From positions 52,204,001-52,268,000 of the forward strand of contig OZ024744.1 in assembly GCA_964016885.1 (NCBI GenBank): 64,000 nucleotides of DNA, written 5' to 3'. Position 1 is the first letter of the stretch. Every line of letters starts with the position of its first letter. Below the pieces are notes generated by a model. The model was not told the origin of the DNA. It searched no databases and saw nothing but the letters and a program-made list of their open reading frames with translations. Below, one piece after another: positions 27,468 through 41,396 of the stretch. A program made the position numbers and the translations under genes. This stretch comes from Eledone cirrhosa (lineage: Eukaryota).

Positions 27468-28042
27468 ATGGCTTTCAAATTTTTTTTTCTCGGTATATAA
27501 ACAATTCAGTTAGATATTCATCTCCATCATTAACGAGGAACAAATATTTTTAATATCTCCAGGCTTACTTCTGATTTTCCTTCTTTCCCGCTTTCTCAAT
27601 TCTTCTCTAATAGTCAGCCATCTTGAATCTTACCGAACAACAGGATATGAATAATTTCAATAATAAAATACCATAGACTTAAATAAATCATGTGTGAATT
27701 GTTTTCAATGTTACTACATGGCGGAGCAGAAAGGAATAGATAGCTCTTAAGCTCTTACCACTGAGAACATTTAGCAAACTAGAGGTGAAATTAATGAATA
27801 GACATAAGATGATTGGCTACACGTCTCCAGTTATTTGTACTAATATAGATAATTTTATTTCTTCACACACACACACGCACGCACACTCACATACAGACAG
27901 ACACACACACTCATATGCACACACACAGAGACACACACAAACACTCAAATACACACACATACACACACAAACACAAACACACAGATATATATCAACACAC
28001 ACACACACATATATATATATGTGTGTGCATGTGTGTGTGCAT

Positions 28043-28115
<73 letters not shown>

Positions 28116-28143
28116 ATCAAAAGATGGTTAAAAGAGTTTCATG

Positions 28144-28214
28144 TATTTTATTATGCGCATTTCAAAAACAAATATCATCATGCAATAATATTTGTGTTTT
28201 CATCAGATAAAATA
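28144..28214 (-). ncRNA. Type I hammerhead ribozyme
   Basis: Inverted copy of 31572-31642. Confidence 0.85.
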
Positions 28215-29170
28215 GGAAGACATGATATGAAGGTTAAGAAACACTTGTGAATAGTGCAGTTTTGAATCAACATATGAAAAGTAGTTTTAGATTGATGTGT
28301 GATATTGGAAAAAAAAATTTGAGGGGGTGGGGGATGAAAAAGAGGAGGAGATGAGAGTAAAAAGTGGAGGAGGAGGAGTATAATGAGGAAGGATGAGATA
28401 GGAGGAGAGATGGGTGATAGAGAGAGAGAGATAGCTTTTATTACTGAGAAAAATATATTGTTTTACATAGAGAGGTTGAAAAACCGTTGGAAGATAATGT
28501 ATAAATTAAAATAATTTGAAAATTAACGAAGAGAAAAATAATGTAAAGTTAAGGTTTGTATATTGAAGGGTTTAATAACATGTGCGATGAAAAGAAAATG
28601 TTAATATGTATTAAGAATAATATTTAAGGGCTTAATAATATGTGCGATGGAAAGAAAATGTTAATATGTATTAAGAATAATATTTAAGGGTTTAATAATA
28701 TGTGCGATGGAAAGAAAATGTTGATATGTATTATTAAAAAAAACAAAAGTAATGTAAGTAAGGATATATTGTGAGATGAGCATGAGTAAGTTAGATGAAA
28801 GGGAGAAAAAAATAATGAATTGAGGAAGAATAATCTAACGTCAAAAAAATGTGTTTATGTTTACGAAGGATTTTTTCAAGGTGATATAAGGTAAGAATAT
28901 ATTGTATTGTGTAATAATTGTTTCTATGTTAGGCCCAGTGAGAAAAGGTACAGATTAGGGGTTAGAAATTAAAAGAAAAAGAAAAGGAAAAGGAAGAAAG
29001 GGAAGTGATAAATAGGAGTGATATAGAATGAGTAACAAGTATTATATAATGTATAATAAATAACTTTGAAATAAGGTAGAAAGATGGGTATATTTTTAAA
29101 GAAGTATATATATATATATATATATATGTGCCTTTGAGAAAAGGATTCTAAATTGATAAAGTATTGGATA

Positions 29171-30245
29171 TTAGCTGTATACTTTGTGGAATGTTCTGTG
29201 GAATTTATGCAAGCAGAGAGAAAACAAGTCAGTGCGTCTATTTATTATAGAATCTAAATTAGATATAATGGTAAATTTTTCATTTAGACAGAGATTGCAA
29301 GTCTTGGATAGAGAACTGTTCAAGTATAAAGAAGCAGAAGAAACCTTTTTCCAAGAGATGTTATATTTAATATTTTTGTCTTTCAAGGACCATATGAGTT
29401 CTGAGAGAGCCGTGTTGGTTCTTTTAAGTTGGTATTTAAAAGACGAATGATGATTATAAAGACGAGCTTTAAAGGAGGTGGAAGTGGAGCCAAAATAGGT
29501 GAAGGAATTGGTGTTAGTTATAACTTTACATTCGTAGATTAAGTTTTTATCAAAACAATGGTTGTTGAGAGGACATTTATTTTTAACAGGGCAATTGCAA
29601 TTGCGATTAGAGAGATTATTAACGAGTGACCTAGTGTTATCTATAGAAGGAATTGGATTGGAGAAGTTATTTGCGATAGGAATAATAGTTTCTTGATTTA
29701 GAATGGGATTAAGAACATTTAGCGAAGTTGTGTTTGACGTTGTATTTGGGTTTGCAGAAATTAGCCTAGAGTTTACAATGACGTCGGGAGTACTATTACT
29801 ATTATTATGATATTCAGTGTTGGAAGGAAGAGATTTAGTATTTAGTATTTTATTGTTGTGTTTAGAGATAATGTTGTAAATGTTGGAGGATGTCGAATAG
29901 GAAAATTTTATAGTGTGTTTGTTAAATATTTTACTATAGATATGTGAGGGAGGGAAGCATTTATTTAAGGCACTAAAGAATAATTTAGGAATATTATTAT
30001 TAATAGAGATGGAGAAAGGAGCATTATACCAGATTATGTTTTTGTATCTAGGTCTTTTATTAAAGTTATTGAAATGATCATGATTAATTATTCTACTGTG
30101 AGATCTTCTAGAATTTGTTTCTTTACTATATTTGATTTTATCAGGATAGCCGGCTTTAGAAAGCGCGTTATTATAGTAATTGGCGTTAGCATCAAATATA
30201 TTTTTATTAGAAGATAGGTTAGATATAGTTAGTAATATTGGAAAA
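29171..30245 (-). CDS. Penelope polyprotein C-terminal part (RT thumb, linker, GIY-YIG); 5'-truncated but open
   Basis: YYNNALSKAGY, IIWYNAPFS, IKFSYS, CNCPVKNKCPLNNHC, LIYECKV..YFGSTSTSFKARLYNH, CNLCLNEK. Confidence 0.9.
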
Positions 30246-31571
30246 GGAATATCTAACCTATCTACTAATAAAAATATCACCAATTCCTTCACCTATTTTG
30301 GCTCCACTTCTACCTCCTTTAAAGCTCGTCTTTATAATCATCATTCGTCTTTTAAATACTAACTTAAAAGGACCAACACGGCTCTCTCAGAACTCATATG
30401 GTCCTTGAAAGACAAAAATATTAAATATAACATCTCTTGGAAAAAGGTTTCTTCTGCTTCTTTATACTTGAACAGTTCTCTATCCAAGACTTGCAATCTC
30501 TGTCTAAATGAAAAAATTACCATTATATCTAATTTAGATTCTATAATAAATAGACGCACTGACTTGTTTTCTCTCTGCTTGCATAAATTCCACAGAACAT
30601 TCCACAAAGTATACAGCTAATATCCAATACTTTATCAATTTAGAATCCTTTTCTCAAAGGCACATATATATATATATATACTTCTTTAAAAATATACCCA
30701 TCTTTCTACCTTATTTCAAAGTTATTTATTATACATTATATAATACTTGTTACTCATTCTATATCACTCCTATTTATCACTTCCCTTTCTTCCTTTTCCT
30801 TTTCTTTTCTTTTTCTTTTAATTTCTAACCCCTAATCTGTACCTTTACTCACTGTGCCTAACATAGAAACAATTATTACACAATACAATATATTCTTACC
30901 GTATATCACCTTGAAAAAATCCTTCGTAAACATAAACACATTTTTTTGACGTTAGATTATTCTTCCTCAATTCATTATTTTTTTCTCCCTTTCATCTAAC
31001 TTACTCATGCTCATCTCACAATATATCCTTACTTACATTACTTTTGTTTTTTTTAATAATACATATCAACATTTTCTTTCCATCGCACATATTATTAAAC
31101 CCTTAAATATTATTCTTAATACATATTAACATTTTCTTTCCATCGCACATATTATTAAGCCCTTAAATATTATTCTTAATACATATTAACATTTTCTTTT
31201 CATCGCACATATTATTAAACCCTTCAATATACAAACCTTAACTTTACATTATTTTTCTCTTCGTTAATTTTCAAATTATTTTAATTTATACATTATCTTC
31301 CAACGGTTTTTCAACCTCTCTATGTAAAACAATATATTTTTCTCAGTAATAAAAGCTATCTCTCTCTCTCTATCACCCATCTCTCCTCCTATCTCATCCT
31401 TCCTCATTATACTCCTCCCCCTCCACTTTTTACTCTCATCTCCTCCTCTTTTTCACCCCCCCCCTCAATTTTTTTTTCCAATATCACACATCAATCTAAA
31501 ACTACTTTTCATATGTTGATTCAAAACTGCACTATTCACAAGTGTTTCTTAACCTTCATATCATGTCTTCC

Positions 31572-31642
31572 TATTTTATCTGATGAAAACACAAATATTA
31601 TTGCATGATGATATTTGTTTTTGAAATGCGCATAATAAAATA
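31572..31642 (+). ncRNA. Type I hammerhead ribozyme with palindromic stem III
   Basis: UAUUUUAU-CUGAUGA-AAACACAAAUAUUA..UGAUAUUUGUUUUU-GAAA-UGCGCA-UA-AUAAAAUA. Confidence 0.87.
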
Positions 31643-31672
31643 CATGAAACTCTTTTAACCATCTTTTTATCT

Positions 31673-31776
<104 letters not shown>

Positions 31777-31804
31777 ATATATATATGTATCTATATATAT
31801 ATAT

Positions 31805-33120
31805 ATATACTATATAATTTTTGAGAATAAGCTCTCAGTCCTTTACAATAATTAAGCTCCAGGAAAGGGTCATTTCCGAGCAGTTAAATACATTAGAATA
31901 TATGATAAACACAAAACGTGTTTGCATTGCAACAGATAGTCAGCTATTAATGAAATAAACTAATTAAAGTGAATACAATTTGTCTGTCTCGATATAAGTC
32001 AATAAAGACAATCTTATATTGGCAACTGCCATGATTCCTGGACAGATTTAAATTTCAAAATCCAAACCTGTTCTGTAGACGAATTTGAACCTCGAAACCT
32101 AAATCCGTTTCGCAATGGTGGTATGTGAATTTAAAAAATAAAGAGAATCGAAATGGAATTGAAATAAAAAGTGAAATATCCAAATATTCTGTGCATATCA
32201 ACAGGAATCCAGTAGAAATTAGTACATTTCACATCAAAAAATTTTGCAAGTCTGACTACACGTGCACAGAAGATTTGGATATTTCACTTTTTATTTCAAT
32301 TCCATTTCGATTCTCTTTATTTTTTAAATTCACATACCACCATTGCGAAACGGATTTAGGTTTCGAGGTTCAAATTCGTCTACAGAACAGGTTTGGATTT
32401 TAAAACTTAAATCTGTCCAGGAATCATGGCAGTTGCCAATATAAGATTGTCTTTATTGACTTATATCGAGACAGACAAATTGTATTCACTTTAATTAATT
32501 TATTTCATTAATAGCTGACTGTCTGTTGCAATGCAAACACGTTTTGTGTTTATCATATATTCTAATGTATTTAACTGCTCGGAAATGACCCTTTCCTGGA
32601 GCTTAATTATTGTAAAGGACTGAGAGCTTATTCTCAAAATATTATATAGTATATTGCTCCTTAAATGTTAGAGCTGATTTTTAATCCCGCATATATGGCT
32701 GTTATTTCTAGCACCGTTAATGCGGGACGGCTAGTTTGGTCTGGCTATACACGTGTAGTCAGACTTGCAAAATTTTTTGATGTGAAATGTACTAATTTCT
32801 ACTGGATTCCTGTTGATATGCACAGAATATTTGGATATTTCACTTTTTATTTCAATTCCATTTCGATTCTCTTTATTTTTTAAATTCACATACCACCATT
32901 GCGAAACGGATTTAGGTTTCGAGGTTCAAATTCGTCTACAGAACAGGTTTGGATTTTGAAATTTAAATCTGTCCAGGAATCATGGCAGTTGCCAATATAA
33001 GATTGTCTTTATTGACTTATATCGAGACAGACAAATTGTATTCACTTTAATTAGTTTATTTCATTAATAGCTGACTGTCTGTTGCAATGCAAACACGTTT
33101 TGTGTTTATCATATATTCTA

Positions 33121-33125
<5 letters not shown>
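31805..33125. mobile_element. Non-coding element with an inverted arm plus a partial tandem duplication (~556-bp period), between (TA)n
   Basis: About 31805-32195 is inverted at about 32263-32653; about 32263-32567 recurs at about 32819-33125. This is PLE pseudo-LTR-like architecture. Confidence 0.8.
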
Positions 33126-33164
<39 letters not shown>

Positions 33165-33387
33165 TAATATAACAGATTAACGTTTAAGCAATCAATCGCT
33201 GCTTTCACCCTTAACGGGATCTTCTGAAACTAAAAAATCAATCTGTGAACGCAGAAGTAAATATTTCAAAAACGTTGCAACTTGGGCTCCTGAGTTTTTT
33301 CCTGTAATTCACTCTACTACTCTACTACCCCAAGTATCGAGTACTCTTGTGAGTAATGGTGTAACTGGTTTTTACCGCCACCACTTT

Positions 33388-33418
<31 letters not shown>

Positions 33419-35201
33419 GTGTGTGTGTGTGGGGGGGGGGCGTGTGTATGTGTATGTGTGCGTGTGTGTTTACATCTATATGTGTACATGTATGTGTATG
33501 TGAACATATATACATATAAATGTGTGTGTGTCTTTATGTATATGTGTATTTATGTATGTACATATACATAAAATATTATATCATACATATATACATACAA
33601 TAATTAATGAGTTTTCGGATACTAAAGTTTGGTTTTATTACAGATGTTCTGTTGTCTGAAGGAAATGCTTCCTGTCTTTCAGTGTCCAATTACACAGTTT
33701 TTCATTTTACTTCTAATGTTTTATTGATACTATTTCGAGTCATTGAACTGTAAATATCAAGCCTCTGAATTCTGGGTTACCCTCCTTTATATATTTTTTG
33801 TTTTATTTCACCATATTGATTGGATTATACTTGCAGTGTAGCACCAATGTTATTAGACAAAGTATGACGAAGTATGACGAAGGGCAAAGTTATACTGGGT
33901 GGCATTTGAATTCAGAATATAAAAATATGAAGGATGTAATCAAATATATCAAAATACTATTCCTATGTTCTAAACATTCTGCTATTGAACATAACTACAC
34001 ACGTCGATACATACGTACATACAAACACGGATGCATGCATACATATATACATACATGCATGCATACTTACATGCTTAGTACATGCATATGTATATATGTA
34101 TATATATATATTTGTATATATGCATACATTGATAGTCAGCGGTACTGGGACCGGAAAGATCGCAAATGGAAGAAGTACTAGGTACTTGGCAAGATGTATA
34201 ACATATATATATGTATACTATATATATATACATCAAACAACATCAACAACACAACCAGAAAGGAAAACATCATTGACACTGCAGCCAGTGTGGGACAGTC
34301 TTATTTGTCACTTGATAGATGTAGCTGACAAATCACCTTCAAATCACAGATTGATTTACTAGATAACAACATGTTGGTTAATGTGAGCTTATATTACCAT
34401 AGATCTACTTCCTGATGAAGGACCTGTGGCTGTACAACATTGCCCCCCCCCCCTCTCTCCATCCCCTCACCCACGCAACGTAAAAAAAAACGAAAAAAAA
34501 ATAATCGAAGACCTGCCCCAAATGTTTGCAATAGAATAGACTCTTCTAAAGAGTTACCTAAGGACATGATGGTTGTGTGTAAATATGGGACCGATTAAGT
34601 TTACTCCACAAGTAAACTACAGTGATTGGAATTTGAACACAATACGTAAAGAACCGGAACAAATACAACAAGAATACTCTAACAATTGCGCCAATGCCCC
34701 GCCCTAAACTCATCCATTTATTTACGGATTCCGAAAAACTGAAGGGAAAACTTCAGCTGGGTTGTATATGAAATCAAATCGTACTTCACCAGAAAAAAAT
34801 GCCACTAATCATTTTTGCCGCTAGTTGTTGTGATTCGGTCAAACACCGCATATAATAAACTGAGAAGTGTGCAAGTAAATTTATTCTTCAATCAATCTTA
34901 ATGTAAGCATAAATTAGGTAATTTTTTCATTTTATTTTTATTATTGATGAAATATTTAGCTCGAAACGTTAAAATTCATGTCTTGTCAACAGTCTAAAAT
35001 TATTCCAGCCGTGGCCATAATTCCATACGATTGATTTGTAAAATCTAGTTTATCGTTGCCAACATTATGTTGTAAAGAGTGATTTGAGAGAGATTTGGTA
35101 GCTATTTAGCGCTGGTTTCATAGACCGTACAGAAGTGCCCTGGCATGCTTAAAGTGTTAAAGAATAAATATATAGAACTCCTCAAAGAAAACATCGTACG
35201 G

Positions 35202-35252
<51 letters not shown>

Positions 35253-35573
35253 GGAGAGAGAGAGAGAGTGAGAGAGGTAGAAAACATTCAGAATGAGTAG
35301 GTGAGAGCGTAAGATGACTGAAAAAGTAGCCAGAGAAGGCGATGGACAGAGAATTAGTGACTCAGAAGGAGAAAGAGAGAGATGAAGGGGGAAGTGAGAG
35401 GAGATCACTCGAAACAGAAGCCAGACAAGAACAAGAAACCTGTAAAATAAGGAAAGAATTTTGATTAAGAATTTTCTGCTGCTACGAATTGAAAAACTAA
35501 AGGAAGAAATTATAAAATCAATATCTCTCACACACACACACACACACACAGACAGACAGACACACACACGCAT

Positions 35574-35669
<96 letters not shown>

Positions 35670-35940
35670 ACACACTCACACATAAAAAAATTGAATAAAT
35701 ATATAAGTGAATAAATAAATAACTAAATATATAAATGGTAAAGAAGGATAAAAGTTGAAGACCAGAAGAATCAATAAGACTATTGCTACCAATTCCTGCT
35801 TAGACGTTTAAACAGCTTCAGTTGTTGGATATTGAAGATTATATGGTAATAGCCAGTCAAAGAGAATGGAATCATGCTTCGAAAATAAATGTAAATATTA
35901 ACGAATTTCACTGAAGAAACCCACGTAAACTCTACATATA

Positions 35941-36027
<87 letters not shown>

Positions 36028-36028
<1 letters not shown>

Positions 36029-36575
36029 GTGCGTAATAGCCATGGCGAAAGAGGTTGTATGGTGGACGCGTCTGAAAGGACTGAGGTCAGGCACCTTTCT
36101 CTCTGGCCAACAACTGGTCCGTTTCTTCCGATATCATTTCGGAAGAAGGATCAGGATGGAGAGAGAGGTGCTGCACCCCAGTCGTTTTTATGAAAGGTGG
36201 GTGAAAGTGGCGAGAATGGCCCGTGTGAATGGGCCTTCACTCTACACCAGACTATAGGTGAGGAAGATGAAAGACCAAGGGAGCACCCCTTCTCTGTGCT
36301 CCTGAGGAAAAGGGTTGCACACTTTTTCGGGGGTGTGTGCGACCCCCCAAGGCGCCTCCTCTCTATTGAGGATTTTGTTATAAATTTTATTTTTTGTTAT
36401 ATTTTATAACAAAATCCTCTATTGAGGATTTTGTTATAATTCTATTTTTTGTTATATTTTATTTTATTTTTATATATTGTTATTGCCTCCTCCCTATTGA
36501 GGACGCCTTGTTTTGTAAACTCCCCCCATTGTACTTGTCCCACTTTTGATGCCCTTGTGGCAAATAAAAGAAACA

Positions 36576-36576
<1 letters not shown>
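36028..36576 (+). mobile_element. L1/Tx1 3' fragment inserted in (TATC)n
   Basis: AKEVVWWTRLKGLRSGTFLSGQ...RIRMEREVL..ERWVKVARMARVNGP matches the C-terminus of the 50.7-56.3 kb element. (TATC)n lies on both sides. Confidence 0.9.
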
Positions 36577-36626
<50 letters not shown>

Positions 36627-36643
36627 TTATCTATCTATCTATC

Positions 36644-36679
<36 letters not shown>

Positions 36680-36699
36680 ATTATCTATATATCTATTTA

Positions 36700-37146
<447 letters not shown>

Positions 37147-37609
37147 ATATATATATATATATACATACACACACACACACACGCAAATATATATATTTAT
37201 ATAATTATTACACATGATATTACATTAGTAACCAATGGTTTCATGAACTAAAACAGCTCGCAGAAATACAAACGATAACCGTTAGTCATATATTCGACTT
37301 TTGTAATAGCGCAAAATTAAGTTTATGTTTCTAACTTCTTCCATGGGCATTCATCCTTTCTCTTACATGAGCATCAGTGTTCCTCGTTTGCACAACCAAT
37401 AAGTTGACAAAAAAAAAAGATACGTTGATTTGGTGGATTATATGTATAAATAAAGATGTGTATAAAAGACTATATAAAATAAAATTGAGAATAATCGAAA
37501 GGGGTAATTGATATATCTAGATGGAAAAGGTGCTCGGTTTGTACATGAGAAAAGATTAGAATTATTCAGGGTTTAAATAATATAATTATTACTAAAACTC
37601 TAAAATAAT

Positions 37610-40000
37610 ATGCTCTCTCTTCCAGAATACAACCGCATTACAACAGTTTGTTGGTTTTTTTTCAAATTTATTGTGAGATGAAAACTGTCACATGTTGAAT
37701 CAACTGCACTAATTAGGTTCTGTAAGCCTTGCTCAGTGTGATGTACAAGGTCACAGTCGTCCGCGTAAATAATATCACGTACTGCTGAGGTAAAGACTTG
37801 GGATTTGAAGTTCATACTTGTCGGATGAAATACATTACAGGAAGAGCGGTATCTGTTGAAATTGCAAATTCATTTGATAGCATTGCTGCAAAATATATGG
37901 AAAAGAGTGTCGGTGTTTCGAGATCAGTTTCTTAACATCATTTTCAACCGGAAATGGCTCCGATAGGGTTCCATCAAATTTAGCCCAGGCATTTATATAT
38001 TTATTAAAACTCTTGGTTATATTTACAAGGTTTTGAGGACAGTCAAATTTCTTCAGCATTGGCCACTCTGTTCTTGTTAAACGTGTCAAAAGATCTACTG
38101 AAATCCAGAAAACAATGGTATTTTGTTCGTTGCATTACTCTTGTAGCTGCCGGATATTGAAAATCATATCAACTGTCCCTTGAGAAGCTCGGATGCTACA
38201 TTGTGATTCGATACAGCTCTTTAGACAATGGATTTATCAAGTCGTTCTAAGAGAACACGAGTAAACACCTTTTCAATAAATGAAAAATATATTCTACGAT
38301 AATTTCCACATATATTTTGAGACCAGATTTGTATAGGGGAATGAATAATCATATCAGCCATGAGGTAGTTCCTCCTTTCACCAGTAGTATACAATTACGG
38401 ACTGAAATAATTCGGTCATCCTATTCCCACCAGACTTCAAATTTTCTGAGCCCAATTCCATCAATATCCGGAGAATTTATTGTTGTTGTGCTCCGTTATA
38501 GCTGCTACAATCTTGTGTTGGCTCAACAGATATTTCTTTAACAACAGGAAGGTCAACCATTTCTTCATTTATTCTCATATTTAGTTTTGATTGTCTATTG
38601 AGAAGATCAGAATAGTGCTGTACTCAAACCTTTTGTATCAGTAAAGGGCTGTTAACAATTAATTGATCTCACTGGGGTTATAGACGATGTTCTAGAGCTA
38701 AATCCCTTTTTTAAGAAATTGAAAAGGCTTTTTTAATATTTATAATCTAGAGAGGCTTGCGCATCTTTTACCTTTTGAGTCACCGCAAATCTTTCATTCT
38801 TCGGAGACTACACTGAAATTTTAATTTAATAGATTTATATATCAATTATGTCCTGGTTAGAGTTATTTGACTTAGAATTTATTTGCTTAAGTTGTTGCTT
38901 TTCTTTAAGATGATTAGTCATTGTCAATAAACCAATCTGCTACATTCTTAGTTCTGTTGCCCAGATTGGAAGATGCTGCATGTACATACCTGTAATTAAA
39001 CATTCTCCCATGACTATTTTATGTTCGAGAGACACCTCATACTGCATCATGAAAAGTTTGCAATAACGAATTAAGGTTTGCTATGTTAATTCTCTTTGGT
39101 ACGCTAGACCGTTTCTTTCTAATTTTAGGCTGGATTGAAAAATTGACTTCTCTCTCACTAGCCTATGGTCTGTCCAGTATTCTGCTCCTCTCATAGCTCG
39201 GACACTGTGGACATCCTTCAAATTTGATTGGCGTACCAAGATATAGTTAAATAGATGCCAGGACTTAGAGTTTGGATGAATTCAGATTGTTTTATATTTA
39301 TGTGTTGCTGAAAGAAGGTGCTTGCAATCACAAGCCATGTTCAGTATAAAACACCAGTTCGCTTACATTTTCCTATATGTTTACCCAAGGCGGACCCTGT
39401 CATGAAACAAGATCCAACCTTCGAGTTAAGTTAAATATTAGCATATCAACAGTTGGCACATTTCTCACCAATTCTCCAAGTTCCTTTTAGAATTGTTCAA
39501 CAGATGCATCTGTGTGTGATATTGTGGGAACGTAAACACTTTTTATCATAAGGCATCTCCCTATTTTCAGATGCAGACGACACGATATAATATATCCTGA
39601 GGAACCACTTATTAGTTTTCAAAAGATAAGATGAGAGAGTTTCTAACAGTCAAACCAACACATAATTCCCTTCTTTGACCCTCTGCTACATCTTTCCCAA
39701 AAGAAGTGTAACCAAATCCATTTTCATTACGCTGACCATCACCATATAGGTGTGTTTCAGAAAGAGTTACTGTACTGTATGTAATGAAGATATGTTCAAC
39801 TTATAAACGGGCAATGCGGTTCATCTCTATGGTCTTCGAATCAAATAGTCATAAAGGACACAATCCAACAAGCAAGTTTTATAGTGTGCTTAACCATCTC
39901 GTATTGTCGGTTGACCACAGTAGCAGTCTGTGGCGTACTGGGCACCAGACGAGACATACCTGCTCCCGAGTCGTTCCCAAATCTTTATTGCCATTTACTG
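37610..40000 (-). mobile_element. Decayed RTE (BovB-like) LINE: APE endonuclease plus RT
   Basis: LSETHLYGDGQ..GYT, HPNSKSWHLFNYILVRQ..DVHSVRAMRGAEYWTDHRLV, LKKFDCPQNLVNI, SEPFPVENDVK, DIIYADDCDL..FHLTINLKK; many stops and frameshifts. Confidence 0.88.
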
Positions 40001-40519
40001 ATTTTGTTTGAGACATTTCCAATGAGTTTAAAGTGCATTTTAAGGTTACTATTTACCATACGACAAGTGTTAACTGAGCTTGCAGTGTACAGGAGACACC
40101 TGTGTCGATGAAAATATTTTGTTTGGGTAGGGTATAGCTTGCTCATAATTACACCACTTCTTGACCATAGAAGATTTCATTGGTGTGACATATGGAATGG
40201 AAAGACCAAGAACTTAAATGGCCTCAGGTTTTTATTCCAGAGATTATCATTCCTAGACTGTAGACTCAAGTCAACACTATGAGTCAAAGATTACTAAAAG
40301 TACGTCCCTTGTATGTTTGTATGTATCTATGTCTGTACGTACGTATACATGTATGTATGTATACATTTATGTATGTATCTATATAAATTTGCATGTAAGA
40401 ATGTAAGAATGTTTGTTTGTATGCATGTATGCGCGGGGACATGGAAATACTTGGTTTGGTGGTCCGATTGCGCGGTTAGCCATCTGTTAGGACATCATCT
40501 TGTTAGGACATCATTCTCG

Positions 40520-40885
40520 AAAACTCGATGGCAGCCAATGATATTGACCTGTTCTTCTTTTTGGATACCTGTCACCGTTCTTCAGAGAGTAGGATTGGTT
40601 CAGTTCAAAGCTTTTCTTCACTTAAAAAAGCTTAGAGTACAGACGTCATTTCATCTAAACGATGAACACGTGTGTTGCATGAACCTGGTATGTTCTTTTT
40701 TTTTTTTTTACTGTAGCATATGCAGAAGCGAAACTAAATCCTTGTTTGGGCCCTAAAGTCATGCTTGGGCCACCTATGTTAAGGAAAGAGGTCAAGGGAT
40801 GGCAATTTTCGAAATAGAGATGCAGTCGTTAATATGTATGTATATATGTTATGGCCATACTCGATAACGAGGTGGCAGCCATCAT
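40520..40885 (+). mobile_element. Diverged RTE-derived non-autonomous fragments
   Basis: Shares CCAATGATRTTGACC.GTTCT and the terminal TGGCCATACTCGA..GTGGCAGCCATCAT+(TATG)n with the 15672-16260 family. Confidence 0.5.
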
Positions 40886-40886
40886 G

Positions 40887-40920
<34 letters not shown>

Positions 40921-41396
40921 TGTATGTATGTATGTATGTATGAATGTATGCATGTATATATATATATATGTGTGTTTGTGCGTGTGTGCGTGTCTGTGTG
41001 TATGTGCGCGCGCACTTGTGTATGTTCGCATAACAGGATGTGTAAATATACGTAGGTTCGTGTGCCTACATGTTATTGTATCAATACGTGTGTATATGTA
41101 AGAGTATATAAGTATTTTTCATTTATTGACATATATATATTTGATACATATTTACTAATATCAAAATAAACTCAAAATTATAATTGTGTATATGCGTCAG
41201 TGTATGTGTGTGCGTGTACGTGTGCGTGTGCGTGTGTGTGTGTGTAATTGTGTGCCAATAGGTTTATGTATATAATGTGCGCATATGTATATGTATGTGT
41301 AAATGCGTGTGTTTGTGTACATATGTCTGTGTGCATATGTACACAGAATTATGTAAACGTATTAAATAAGGTAAGATAAAACCTTTTAGGCTATAC

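Noticed and set aside
34405-34530. CTGATGA as a hammerhead core
   Set aside because: No matching GAAA, stem III and NUH found. The same applies to CTGATGA at about 47233 and the minus-strand copy at about 14790.
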